The notes: generated by a model from the sequence alone, not told the origin. 63,991 nucleotides of DNA, filler included, from Porpidia crustulata (GCA_964255105.1; 4 parts of 4 records of this genome joined end to end with filler, not necessarily neighbours in it); one strand, 5' to 3'; shown: positions 1-12,170, numbered from the whole stretch's first letter. Numbers and translations: made by a program.

Positions 1-1224
1 CTTTTCCCCCCCTCCCCGAGCAAACGATTACGCACTTGCCATGACGCTGTAATCTCTATCCACAAACGCCACAACATTCCCTCGCTCGTATCATCGCCCC
101 GCCCTTAGTGCGCAAGATAAATCTATTTCCTTTTTTGGTTCATTGTAACCTGACGAAATCTTACGGGCTTGAAAAGGTAAGGAAGAGGTTGGGAGGGATA
201 AAACAATAAGGTCGTCGACACATCTCTCATTGTGACAGCAAAAACCACTGCGGTAATTTTTCGGCCAGATATTCAACATTCATACTTCAACAAAAACGTT
301 TGCAAAATTCGAAGAGAGGGCTGAGAGATGATTACGAAAAACATCATTTCATCCTGTTCATTGACGACGATTATTGTGTACATTTATCTAACGTGTAGGT
401 AGGTACATGATAGTTGGATTTTAGGTGAATCGTGGTTTGGAATGACCAATGTTTATATAAAAAGGTCGTTGTCGTCGTACAACTTCGCTTCTGCATTCAT
501 GCGTAAAAGGTAAACACGTTCCGAAAATTGAAAGTAGCGAGATAGTATCTATATAATGTTTGATTTTACCACATTCGGAAGTTTCGCAGATATATATATA
601 TACATGAATTGTTAATTTTTGAGAAGTATTGGTTTTGGTGCGAAATGGGGGTGTGTTGGGGACTTGGATAGAAGCATTGAATGTAATCGGGCTGTTTATC
701 GAAAGGACAATAATTTGCATGGGTTTTTCATAGTTCACGGTATATAGACTTGAGGCTTTTGGTCTTCATGTTTAAGTAAACTCAAGATGGTAGCGCTTTA
801 ATTAAGAGCAGACCCTCCCACCCCCCAAAAAAGTTTCATCGGGTTTTTTCTTCCTTGGAGATATTTGGGGGTTAGATGTCTAGCTGATTCGCGGTTATTA
901 GACAGGTACTAGTTCCTGATAGGCTGATAGGCAGCAAAGTAGGAATGCACAGGGCCGGTTTAGGATGCTCCGGCGGCTGGAGGAGGGGTGGATCAGAGAT
1001 GTTTCGACGCGGATGTTGGCTTGTGAAAGAGCGGTGGTATAGCTTGGTTATATAGGTTAGGTGGTACAACAGTCCGCGCAAAGCATCGACGACGACAATA
1101 TCGCAAGGCAGCTAGCTAGCCTGTACTGGATCGATGAAATTTCGATTCATTTTTGATCGTTTGCATGATGTTGCCATGGTTCGATGCCAGTCTTGCCGAG
1201 GTGTTCTTCTTTTCGCCTAATATT

Positions 1225-3588
1225 CTACAGTGCCAATCCATAGTCACAGACAGTTTCAACGCAAGTCGAAGTCGAAACCGAGATGGATTTAGAGATTGAT
1301 TGCACCGGTGGAGCGATGCCATCCAAGATAGCATTACGAGCCACCTCGGCAAATGCAATTTCATCGTGGAAATCCGTGAAATGCACGCTTATGCTTTTGT
1401 ATTTACATCGGTTGAGTCTCAAGAATTTATCACTGATGTAGGATTTGGCTGCTTCGAAATCGTTTCCGCCACAATAATCCGGGAAATAATCTTCCAGAGG
1501 CCTCGTTCCCAGTTTGTCCTTCAGCAGGTCGACTTTGTGAAAGAACAGAACCATTCTTGCATTGACAAAACAGTCGGCAGCGCAAACAGATTCAAACAGC
1601 GTGAGTTGTTCCTCCATTCGATTTGCAGTCTCGTCCTCGACAAGGACCCGGTCATAAGCTGCTAGATCGACCATGAAAATAATGGTAGTCACACCCTCTG
1701 AGACCCGAATCCACTTCTTCCGCTCCGATCGCACTCCACCCGGGTCGCAGACCGAGTACGAGATTCCGTTCGTTGAGAAGGATGTTTCTGTAATTCCAGT
1801 GGTTTTGACACGAGTTTGTAGTATATCTTGATCGGTGGGTAAATAAGTCGCGCTGTTCAACCGTCGTCTAGCATCGAAAAAGCTTTGCAAAATCATTTAG
1901 CCGATGCCCATTAAAGACATGAGAAAAGTCATTGACCATCGGCTAGGTACTGGACTTGGTTTCCAGTGCGTGACTAAGGATAAATTTTCCGTACTTTTAT
2001 AAATCGAGGGAGACTTACTATCGTGCACAATCAGGCAATTGGTACTCTTGATATCTTTGGAAGCATGCCACAACCCCAGTATCTTGGCACAGAATTCTTA
2101 CAGAGTCTGCAATTAGTGGAGGAAGGTAATTAGGTGCCGAAGGATAGGGTTGCATGAAAATAACCTGGGCGGCCTCTTCGCTTTGCGAGCCATCTAAAGG
2201 CATCTCCATCTTTTCCATTGCCTCTAGAACTAGACGCATGCTTTCAGTCAAGTTGGCGAGAATGATATCTTTACAGGACCTTCGTTCTGACATCGTGTAA
2301 GGTCCATCCTGCAATAATTTCAACGACTTCAGAAGAGTGGACTTGCCACTCTCTGATATTCCCAACAGTAAAGCTTTGGGCTTTGAACTTTGCCAAGTCG
2401 CAGATTCGTCGAAATCGCCCTTGAAACCGCGCTGCACACAACAAACGTTGATCTTCCGGTTTAACATATGAGGTATATTGATGAGTCCACGACATATTTT
2501 GCTTTGCGTGCGGTTATAGGTATCTTCAAAAGTTCCAACCTTTACCTCGGGTAACGTGCACAGATTCGTTCCGAGCTTTGCGAGAGGGGTTGGAGCTAAA
2601 GTTATAGACCTCTGTCTGATTGCAAGCTGGGTATGATACGACGTAAGCCCGGAAATGACGCCCTGAGGTTGACCATTGACGGGATCCAAGGTGTCGGTTG
2701 CAAATCCATTATACGGAGGCGGAAGTTCCCTCGACTGTTTCTCGCCCACCTGCGGATTCGCGTCGCACACCTCAATAATGCTATGAGTCATCGCATTGTC
2801 AAAGAGTGCCATATCCTTGGTCAAGCGATGCCCGTGATCACGTTGTTGCATACATTTACTGGCGATCGCTCGCTTCATGTGCGATTTCGTGGCCTCTCTG
2901 TAGGCCCTGGAATTGAAAACCTCGCAGTCAAACGCAAAATCGGTATCAAATAGCTCACAATTGTCTACCAAAGTGGATCTTGGTGTGTAAGTTGAGTCGA
3001 CATCCCTGAGCCAAAGTAGAGACGAGGTATCATCTAAATTCTTCTGGAACAGATGGCGGTTTTCTTCACTTTGTAGCACATTCCTTTGCTCAAACAAAGA
3101 TCGACTAGAAATGCATTAGTGAGAGTAGGAGGGAATGGATGAGAATCTAACCATTGTAAAGCCGTAAGAAGGAGATTTAGAGCACTGATCTGATTGTCAA
3201 GCTGGTTCAGATACTCTTGCATGTCCTTCTCGCCCCATAGTAGTTGGCCTTTTCCCAAGGTATCGAGTGACGTGGTCGAGCTTCTCTTTAGACTATTTAA
3301 ACGCTCATTCAGCAGAAGAATTAACAATTCAGAGCCATCAAGAGAGGTCGTTAGATCCAACACAAGTTGTTCATGTTGGGTTACGTTTACAAGACTCGTA
3401 TTGATCCAAGCAGATATCTGATTTAAAGCAGCTTTGAGGGTAGAAAGCTGTCCGATGAGCAGGCTCACCGATAGATTTGCCTTTTTGTATCGTCCTTGCA
3501 GATCAAGTAAAGATTGTAAGCTTCCGGAAATAACCCCAACGATGGTGACAATTGAACCTGCAACACCAACCACCGAGACAGGATCCAT
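1225..3588 (-). CDS. HeLo-like/SesA N-terminal domain fused to a divergent group I G-protein alpha domain (~726 aa, 3 exons: 3588-3152, 3104-2019, 1882-1225)
   Basis: N-term MDPVSVVGVAGSIVTIV...LWGEKDMQEYLNQLDNQISALNLLL is typical of the fungal STAND N-terminal domain. C-term has G boxes GISESGKST, RVKTTGI, DPGGVRSERKKW, FFHKVD. GT-AG introns 3151-3105 and 2018-1883 join the three ORFs in frame (2181 nt). Confidence 0.85.
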
Positions 3589-4585
3589 CTCTTCAAATTC
3601 CTAGATAACGGTTGTACAAAAAATGTCCAGGGGCAAAGGTGTAAGCTCCATAATATGAAGCGCCTTCTGGCGCAAGGCTGTAGCCTTCTCGAATGTATTC
3701 AGGCCTCCCGCTTCAATGAAAGCCTTGCTGCGCCTTCTCCCCTCTTCCGCCAAGATTGATCTCCTCCTCTTGATTGCCTGTCGAGATTTATCACAAGAGC
3801 CAATTGATCGTAGTCTTGCCCTGCTCCCGATACCTTAAGCCATAGAATGAACGACATCTGTATCGTCGCGCCTTTGTCTTCCCAAACTCTTACCAGTTGG
3901 GCAGTCGATGTGCGACCAGGATTATCGGGCACCACACCTAGATAGGTAATCACTTTACCTATATTAGCTACTCTGATGAATCTGGGCTTACCAATATAGG
4001 TATAATCTCAGGGTTAGGGCAAGCCTGTACAGGTATGGTGCCCCATAATCCTGGTGGCACACCGACTGCCAGCTGAAGGGATACTGCCGTTATTTTGTTA
4101 GGCCTCCGCGGGAAACAATAGGGAGGAGCAGGCTTTAACGTACTTGACATGGAGAAATCTCGCGACATCAGGAAAAGTCGGAATCGACTTAGGTGACGAA
4201 TGCCGTGGAGGTAGAAATGTTAGAGTTGTGCAGATTAATACAAACGTCAAAGAAGCGTCAAGACAGTGCTACGAGTCAGATTACATTTTCGACCATTGAC
4301 TCTCAGCTTACAGGCGAACAGATCAAGACGGTAGAATCATATTCTAGTCGTCACTTTCGTAGAGCAATACGCCGTTGCTGATTAATGTACAAATCAAAGC
4401 TGTGGCTCTTCCTTGAGCAAACCCCGTAGTAATCAACCGGATCCATTTCCCCTATGCCATAAAAAACCTGCAGACGGAAACCAAAGTACTAGCCACAATT
4501 ATCTCCAAAGCATACTACCATATCCACCAAGGTGATCAAGTATCGATGCTATAGAGATAACTGTAACGAGCAATCACAGCTGCAT

Positions 4586-5229
4586 CTAAGAACGTTCGCC
4601 ACGGAGACGGCGGGCAAGCTGGATGTCCTTGGACTCTGTTTCGGTAGATTAGCGGAGTCGACGTCATAGACGCAATAGGTGCTTACGGATGGTTACACGC
4701 TTGGCATGAATGGCGCAAAGATTAGTGTCTTCGAAAAGAGAAACGAGATACGCTTCAACGGACTCCTGGAGAGCGCCGATGGCGGACGACTGAAAGCGCA
4801 AATCGGATTTGAAGTCTTGCGCAATTTCACGTACGAGACGCTGGAAAGGGAGTTTGCGAATGAGGAGCTCGGTAGATTTCTGGTAGCGACGAATCTCACG
4901 GAGAGCGACAGTTCCTGTCAAACACGTCAATAATTTATTATTTGCATAGGGTAATGTAAGATTAAACGTACCAGGCTTATATCGGTGGGGCTTCTTGACA
5001 CCACCCGTAGACGGCGCAGCTTTACGCGCGGCCTTGGATGCGAGCTGCTTTCGCGGAGCTTTGCCTCCAGTAGATTTACCTGGTGATTAATATTAGCGAT
5101 AATGTTCGGGAAGATGTGTCGTGATAATTGGAGTGAAGGTGGTGGCAAGGTGAAACGACGGTAATGTGCAAGATTGCGACAGTGCTAGATACTGGATGAC
5201 TTACGGGCTGTCTGCTTGGTACGAGCCAT
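4586..5229 (-). CDS. HHT1: Histone H3 (4 exons: 5229-5205, 5079-4972, 4914-4687, 4635-4586)
   Basis: Spliced 411 nt gives [28 protein letters not shown]...[30 protein letters not shown]...GERS, 136 aa. Confidence 0.99.
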
Positions 5230-6028
5230 TGCTAACGACTTTGATCTGAGTTATGGTGTAACTACGAACTTGTACTTGATGAAATGAGGTTGTAGTTGAT
5301 GGATTTGTCGATGATGTAGATGGTTGGTTGTTGATGGTGTGGATGTAGATGGAGTGCGGAAGAAGAAGCGAGGTGGGAATAAGTAGTTTATCGAAGAAAG
5401 CGTTGATTCCAGGCAGGCGCGAGCAGGAAGCACGCTAGTGATAATTCACGGTTTGATGTGTTGGAAAGCAGCCGTTACTTTCGCGACCTTTTGTTAGGCG
5501 AGAATAGATGCTGGAACATCAGAATAATAATCTGATCGACCAATCGCGAGCGAGATAATTGTTAGGCGAGATCAAATATCGCCAGCAAAGATAGGGCTGG
5601 CAGATCAGATGAGTGCGGTACTTCTAATTCCGACTTTCCAATCATTTATTCCAGGTATCATCGATGAAGGGCAGAGTCACTGCAAATTCACCTTTCATAA
5701 ATCAGATATCCATTACCTAGTCAATGTGTTGTAACTTGTAAAAATCTTTTGTAACTGTGCTCTCTCTATTCTGTAAATTTAGGTTCATCGCCGAGTTCGC
5801 GGGTAAAACACCTAATCTCAATTGTTATGGTCCATTTCGGTATTAGCGCGACTGGTGTGTGATGCACTTGGAAGCACGCCCTACTTGAAATACCTTCAAT
5901 CTCCATATACCCCAAATCATTCTACCCACATTTATCGCATCGGCAACAATTAAGTCATCAACCACTCTGCCATCTCATCTACATACCACAGCTTCTAAGC
6001 CTTACCTCATCACCTCACTACTATCAAC
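5230..6028. promoter_or_regulatory. Bidirectional H3-H4 promoter region
   Basis: About 800 bp between divergent start codons. Contains direct repeat TTGTTAGGCGAGA (5491-5503, 5559-5571), CCAAT (5540, 5638) and SCB-like CGCGAAA on the minus strand (5479-5485). Confidence 0.8.
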
Positions 6029-6530
6029 ATGACTGGACGTAAGTCATCCATACCCCACCTCATCCACTGCCTTAAGCTTTGTATGCTTTGAACATCACAC
6101 TAACATGTCTTTCTTACAGGTGGAAAAGGTGGCAAGGGTCTAGGCAAGGGTGGAGCCAAGCGTCACCGAAAGATTCTTCGTGACAACATCCAAGGCATAA
6201 CTAAGCCTGCTATCCGTCGTCTTGCGCGTCGTGGTGGTGTCAAGCGTATCTCAGCCAGTATGTGCTATCTTCTATCAGGATCTCTGCAACCGTTCTCTAA
6301 CGCGTTCCTTTAGTGATCTACGAAGAGACTCGTGGTGTTCTGAAAACCTTCCTTGAAGGTGTCATTCGTGATGCTGTCACTTACACCGAGCACGCCAAGC
6401 GCAAGACTGTCACCTCCCTCGACGTTGTCTATGCCCTCAAGAGACAAGGCCGTAAGTACTCTACCAAACCCATCTTTCCCATTAGATCACTAACAGTATC
6501 AAAGGTACTCTATACGGTTTCGGTGGCTAA
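6029..6530 (+). CDS. HHF1: Histone H4 (4 exons: 6029-6038, 6120-6257, 6314-6451, 6505-6530)
   Basis: Spliced 312 nt gives [59 protein letters not shown]...TLYGFGG, 103 aa. Confidence 0.99.
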
Positions 6531-7998
6531 ACGTATTCATGTCAACTACTTCTTACGACTTCTCTTTTGCTCGCCACCACTACTCATAAATACTCGAAGC
6601 ATTGGTGGGCTAGTGGTTGACGGAATGACTCGATGGGATATCGACATGGGACCAGTTTACGGTGTTACTATTGCTTTGTATCATAGGGTACCGGGGAGTC
6701 TGAGGTTAGCTTGGAATGATACCAGATAATTCCATCTTGATCCATATTTTACGTGTCATGCTAGTGACGCGTGTGACTCATTGCTGGTAGCGCTTGTTTG
6801 ATATGCCTTTTGGGGGGCCGGGTGGGGGATCTCTGCTCCTTGATCCCCGACTACGACTATCATACCCAACTGTCCACATGCTCTTCCAGGTTTCAACGTC
6901 TGGGATTACTGCGCCGGAAACTTGCATAGCAGCTGCGCGTCCCTTCCACCCAAACAACACAGGCATCACTCCGACGAATATCAAAATCATACGTAGCTTC
7001 CTCTTGCTTCCTCGTACAACCATGCCCAGTAAGGGTAGACTCGCGCATCGAAGAACTAACATTCAACGATGATAACAAACCTAGGCAACTACGCAATTGA
7101 TCAGGACAGAACTTGCAGGCTCTCATTCTAATCTTTAAATATCGCTTTTTTGATGCTTCAGACCTGAACTTACTCAAAGATCATATGCGCATAATACAGT
7201 CAACAACGACAAGTCAGAAATCTTTCGGAATAACGTAAAAATTGTGTTAAGTACCTGCGTGATGCTTCTTGAGTTTTACTAAGTTTGAGCTTGATGCCAA
7301 TGAAAAGTGTGCGCTACGAACCGTTTTCAGAAAGCGATTTTACTCCGTACTATCGAAGCAGTCGCTCTGCCTTTTGCAAAGCTGTAGATATGTTTATGAC
7401 AAGAATTGTTAATTAGATTGAAATCTTGATACAGATCAACCGACATATTCTAAAACCTGTGCGAATTTGGAGAACTCTAATCTATCTTTACTGACTACAA
7501 CTATTTCCCTTTGCTCGATATGGACTGCCGTATACAACCTATATATATAAAAGCGATGTTCAAAATTTACGAGCAAGCAACCTTAACAGGGGTGTGCAAA
7601 GCGTGGCGCCTGATTCCTGTTTTAGACTTGCTTTGCATAGGTATGCACTTCAACCGTCTTATCATTGCTCAATCTCCCTCAATCTCCCCAGGGCCGGTCA
7701 TATTGGATTGTTACTCATCAGCGCCAGTACATAACAAGTCATTGGCCGAGAGCTCATGTAGCATAGGTAACCTTGGCAGACAACGAGGCTGTCATGAGTT
7801 TGCTTCGCCTGGCGGGCATATCCCAAGGCTTCTGGTCAAATGAAGGAGATAGGCAAGCTCTTACATGTTTTGGTGCAGTCCTCAAATGCTCTCCATTTCG
7901 ACATCTGGAACTGTCGGACGCGCAGATCTCAGCATGGTAAAGCAGTGAAGTTTCTGTGCCTATGGTCATGACTGGCAACTCTATCAGCATTCAGTCTG

Positions 7999-10085
7999 AT
8001 GGCGGATCCCCTCAGCATCGCCGCCGGCGTTACTGGTATAGTGACAGCCGCTGCCAAGATATCCTCTCTCCTTGTCGATTTCATGGTGTCCACTAAACGC
8101 GCCCCAGAGCAAGCCCGAGTTATCTACGTCGAAATCAGCGACATTAACGGAATTATGTCGCAACTTCAGTCATTTTTGCTGGGCATAAAATCCTTGAAAA
8201 GTTCGCGAGCATCTCTGCTCCAAGTGGATCAGGTGATCACAACGATTACTAGCTGTGTCCACACGTTGTCAGAGCTAGAGAAGCTTCTTGATGATCTGAA
8301 GTTGGAGGGTATGGGCGTGCTCGAGTGCATAGCTTGGGCGAGGAAGGAAGCATCGATCGTAAAGGTTATCCAAAGGCTGCAGAATCACAAAGCATCGCTC
8401 TCATTGATGCTCAGTATTCTGAACGGGTACGGCGTTTCTCTGGATCATGAAAATTGGTGTCAATAGGCTGACAAGTCAAGTAACACAATGGTAGAAGCTG
8501 TGGATGCTGTAAATCAACTTTCCAAAGTTGTGAAGGACATGGAGGCCAAGGTAGAGGCACTAGAGCGACGTCAAGTCCGGTCCATATATGGCTCGATTTT
8601 GACAAATTCGCAATCCAATACATCATCGATACATACCGTGATACGCCCTTCTTCGCAGTGCCCAGGATCTGAAGTTGAAGCTCTACCATACGACTACATT
8701 AGTAGCTCTACATTCGACGAGGATTTGAAGAAGTCATGGGCGTACATGAGGATCGAAGCTTTCCGAAGATCGACTACCTCATTCTCGACTCTAGAGGCCG
8801 GCTCCACAGCGTGGTCCTGTCTCTCGGGCCTCAGTCTGTCACAAGTTTCAAGTATCGCCGTTATCGATCTTCCAATCACGATGGATGACGTATACTCCCC
8901 ACGGCATTTTGTCCAAGTGCCATTGGCTAGTCGAAAAGAGCCAGCCAGGCCTTTAAATTTGGATTTTGAAGTTTTGCAGCATGAAGCAAGACCTGCAATC
9001 CCCTGTGAAGATCCGCTGAAGGCGATGCCATGCCAAAAATGCATCAAGGTATAGAGGCTTTGTTCATACGCTTTTGCCCATTTCCTTCAATACATTTGAC
9101 TAACAAAACCGCTTTCCAGCTTTCAGGGCAAGGCCCATCTTTCGAGATAGGTACATAAGCATTCCACTACTTTCTTGATATCCAACAATCTAACACAAGT
9201 ACAGCCGACAGGCGTTGGCACAATGACTGCTTCAGATGCAAAACATGCGACCTCGCCATGAACTCGAATACGAAGGTGCTCATTCTCAGCGATGGATCTC
9301 TTCTCTGCGACGAGTGCTCCTGCCTTACCAGCGTACTTGGATATCAAGACTTTGGCACTGCCATTGGCGGTGAGCATTGGATTTGCGCATCCTGTCTTCA
9401 GTGCCGGTTTTGCGGAGCGGGTAGTAAACCTTTGACTTCGAAGAATCCACGCTACAAAGAATGGTTCGATACTCATGTGAGCAATGACAGATGCAAGGCA
9501 TGTTTAGCGGGATTAGTCTCGAATTCCAGAATTTGTGACTCTGCCGGAGACAGTCCACTCCTACAGCCTCTCCATAAACACAGCGACTTTGTCGATATCT
9601 CTGAACGCAAAAAAGACCCTGCTGAACCAAGGTGCAGAAATATCCTACGCGGTAGTGCCCGTAACCTACCGCCTCTTGAAGGTTTGCGAAAAGGTGATCC
9701 AGTGCACTTACAATACGACCACAGCCTTCAGTTCGGCAACTATTACTACCTTCCCAACCCCTCGAGCTCTTATCCTGGAAGAAGTAATGCTATTATCAAT
9801 AACGGTGCTGGTTCTTCGAGGGAAGTCGTCATCACAGACACGGAATCTATGAGTTTGAGTAAGCCCACTTTGTATTGCACAAACGCGTTCATGTGTACCT
9901 ACTGCGACCTCAAGCCCCAAGGGTTCCGCAGCCAACTTGAGCTCAGCCGCCACAATCAACGTATCCACAACAGCCTGCTTGACCTCTCCCATCTACCGGA
10001 TCTGTCTAAACGCTTTGCAGAGAAGAACCTCCGCTTCTCCGAATCGCTCGCGGTCGAGAATTGGGAGCAACATTCTTCGCGCTGA
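7999..10085 (+). CDS. HeLo-like/SesA N-terminal domain protein with LIM domain(s) and C-terminal C2H2 finger (~635 aa; exons 7999-8426, 8481-9048, 9120-9150, 9205-10085)
   Basis: N-term MADPLSIAAGVTGIVTAAAKISSLL...RLQNHKASLSLMLSIL. Splicing through a 31-nt micro-exon reconstitutes the LIM CQKC-x16-WHNDCFRCKTC-x17-CDEC. C2H2 CTYC...HNQRIH. 1908 nt in frame. Confidence 0.8.
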
Positions 10086-12170
10086 CTCTTCAAAAGAGAC
10101 ATGAGCGTTAGCCACTAATTGGAACAGCGCCTTATCATCTAAATTCGAAATTGCCATGCGACGAAACTTGTAATGACAAAGAGAAGGGGAATCCCATGCT
10201 ACTAAGTCTGAGGATTTCGGTGACGAGTAGCTTTGGACGATCGCCAAATTGGCTCAGGTACGCAATATCACTTCTCCAGAGGACATGTCGACGCAGTCTT
10301 TCGAATTTTTGAACATCGGTCAAGTCCTTGCGGATGAAGCCTCGCAACCTTGGAGAAGAAGGAAGGGTGTGAGGGTTTGATCTGGGACAGTTCTGGGAAT
10401 CGAGCATTTTGTCTCAAAAGGAGTTAGACAATTTATGATGAAAAAGAAATTCTTTTACTATTGTGTATATGATAGAAAATAAACATAATTACAGCTCGTA
10501 CTTAAGAATTTCAATTGCAAAGCACTTACAGATATTGAAGACGATGTGGTACAGGACTATCAGAACACTTGCCAAATTATTTAGTTTTAGTTTGTATATA
10601 AAGTCTATAAAGTATTAGTGTTAAACCGACTTCGAAATAAATTTGCAGCAAAGACGCTGACATGTCGTGAAAGCTATTCAATCCATAGTCGCCTCACGGG
10701 CATGACGCAAATATTAGAAGTCTAGCACCTCACGCCGTGGAATCTCCCATTGAACCGTTGAGATGGAACCAAAAACTGCTATTTTTAGACATCAACCCTA
10801 ACCCTTATATGATCATCTGTGTCGCAGTGATTCCCTTTGACAATCGCAGCTTACGCGTCAGAAGATATCGAGACCAGGACGCTCATGTAAATTATCGTGC
10901 TAAATACAATGTCATAGGGAGATTAGCGGAGACTTGGACTGTTGCTATTATAAGATATTACTCGGGATAGTTGTCGAGAATTAGCGACGGCGGAACGCTT
11001 GACATAGGATGGATTTCAGAGTCGACAGCCCGAGAGCATACTGGGATGGTGTTTGGATGTCGTGTAACTTCATGGCTCTCTGACAGTATTCGAGCTGAGG
11101 GAATCTTGAACGGAAAAATGTCGTCGTGGGAGCGAACCACTGCGCCTCCAGGAAACATCATGCCTTTGCAGACGCATCTCCAGACTTGTCTGCTTTGTGA
11201 AATAACCTTACGATCGCTCGAGGGTACGTGCAGCTAGAGGATTAAGCTTCAAGCTTTGAGCCGTGGCGGATTTTCATCAGCTCCCACGAACAAATATGCA
11301 GAAACTTGCACGCATGCTACACCGAACTTTCCGCCTCTGCTGGCTTGGTCTTCAGCTCTCATACATGAAAATCTCACTCGACGTCTGCAGTGGCTGGAAA
11401 GAATCTACCAGTTAGGAAGGGCAAAAAAATTCTGGATCATAGGACGAGATACGATGCAGACCGAATGGGGAAATGGCACGCGAAGCACCGCACCAGCGGA
11501 GGTTCCAATAAGCATGTGAGATTTGATGAACAAAGAAGCATGGAAGCTGAAATAAAGCTGACGTGGAGTGCCGCTGGTGCGAGTTGCATGCTCATCCTTA
11601 TAACCTTACAATCTCACAGCCAGGTCAATGTCATGACTGACCAGTCTCGATCGCTCGGTGACATTCTCTGATGCTCAGCCAGCGGTGACCAAGCTGTCGA
11701 TGAATGAGGCTGAGCACTTCAGTCAAGAAAGATGCAAGACAAGGAAAGCACATGGCACATCAGAAAAATGATCACCGTGTCGCTCACGAGTACGATGTGT
11801 TGTCACTAGGGATGGTTGATAGGTAATCACGACATGGTGGTAACGGTAGCATAGCATTCATGCATATGGACATGATAGAAATCATTGAGGCAGTGTCTAT
11901 TCAACGACACTCCTACTCTTCCATGTTGCTATGCTATTGAACCGATAGCGGTTGCGTTGCAGAGTCACAGAAGCATCTCGACTTACAGCCCGAATAGGTT
12001 GCTTATTGATGAGAAAATATCAACGGTCGGAGTCTGGGCGGCTCCGGCCGCGGTGCGCAAGGACTGCCTGTTTTGGGGTCAAGCTCCCTTTGCACTGCCA
12101 CCAGATCTGCCGCCTCGGATCATGCAGCTAAATAGCAAAGTTCTGACATCTCCCCGGGAATCTGGGGAAA

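Noticed and set aside
1..860. AT-rich contig start with short ORFs (91-279, 421-738), possible transposon relic
   Set aside because: No recognisable transposase/RT motif, terminal repeat or protein family.
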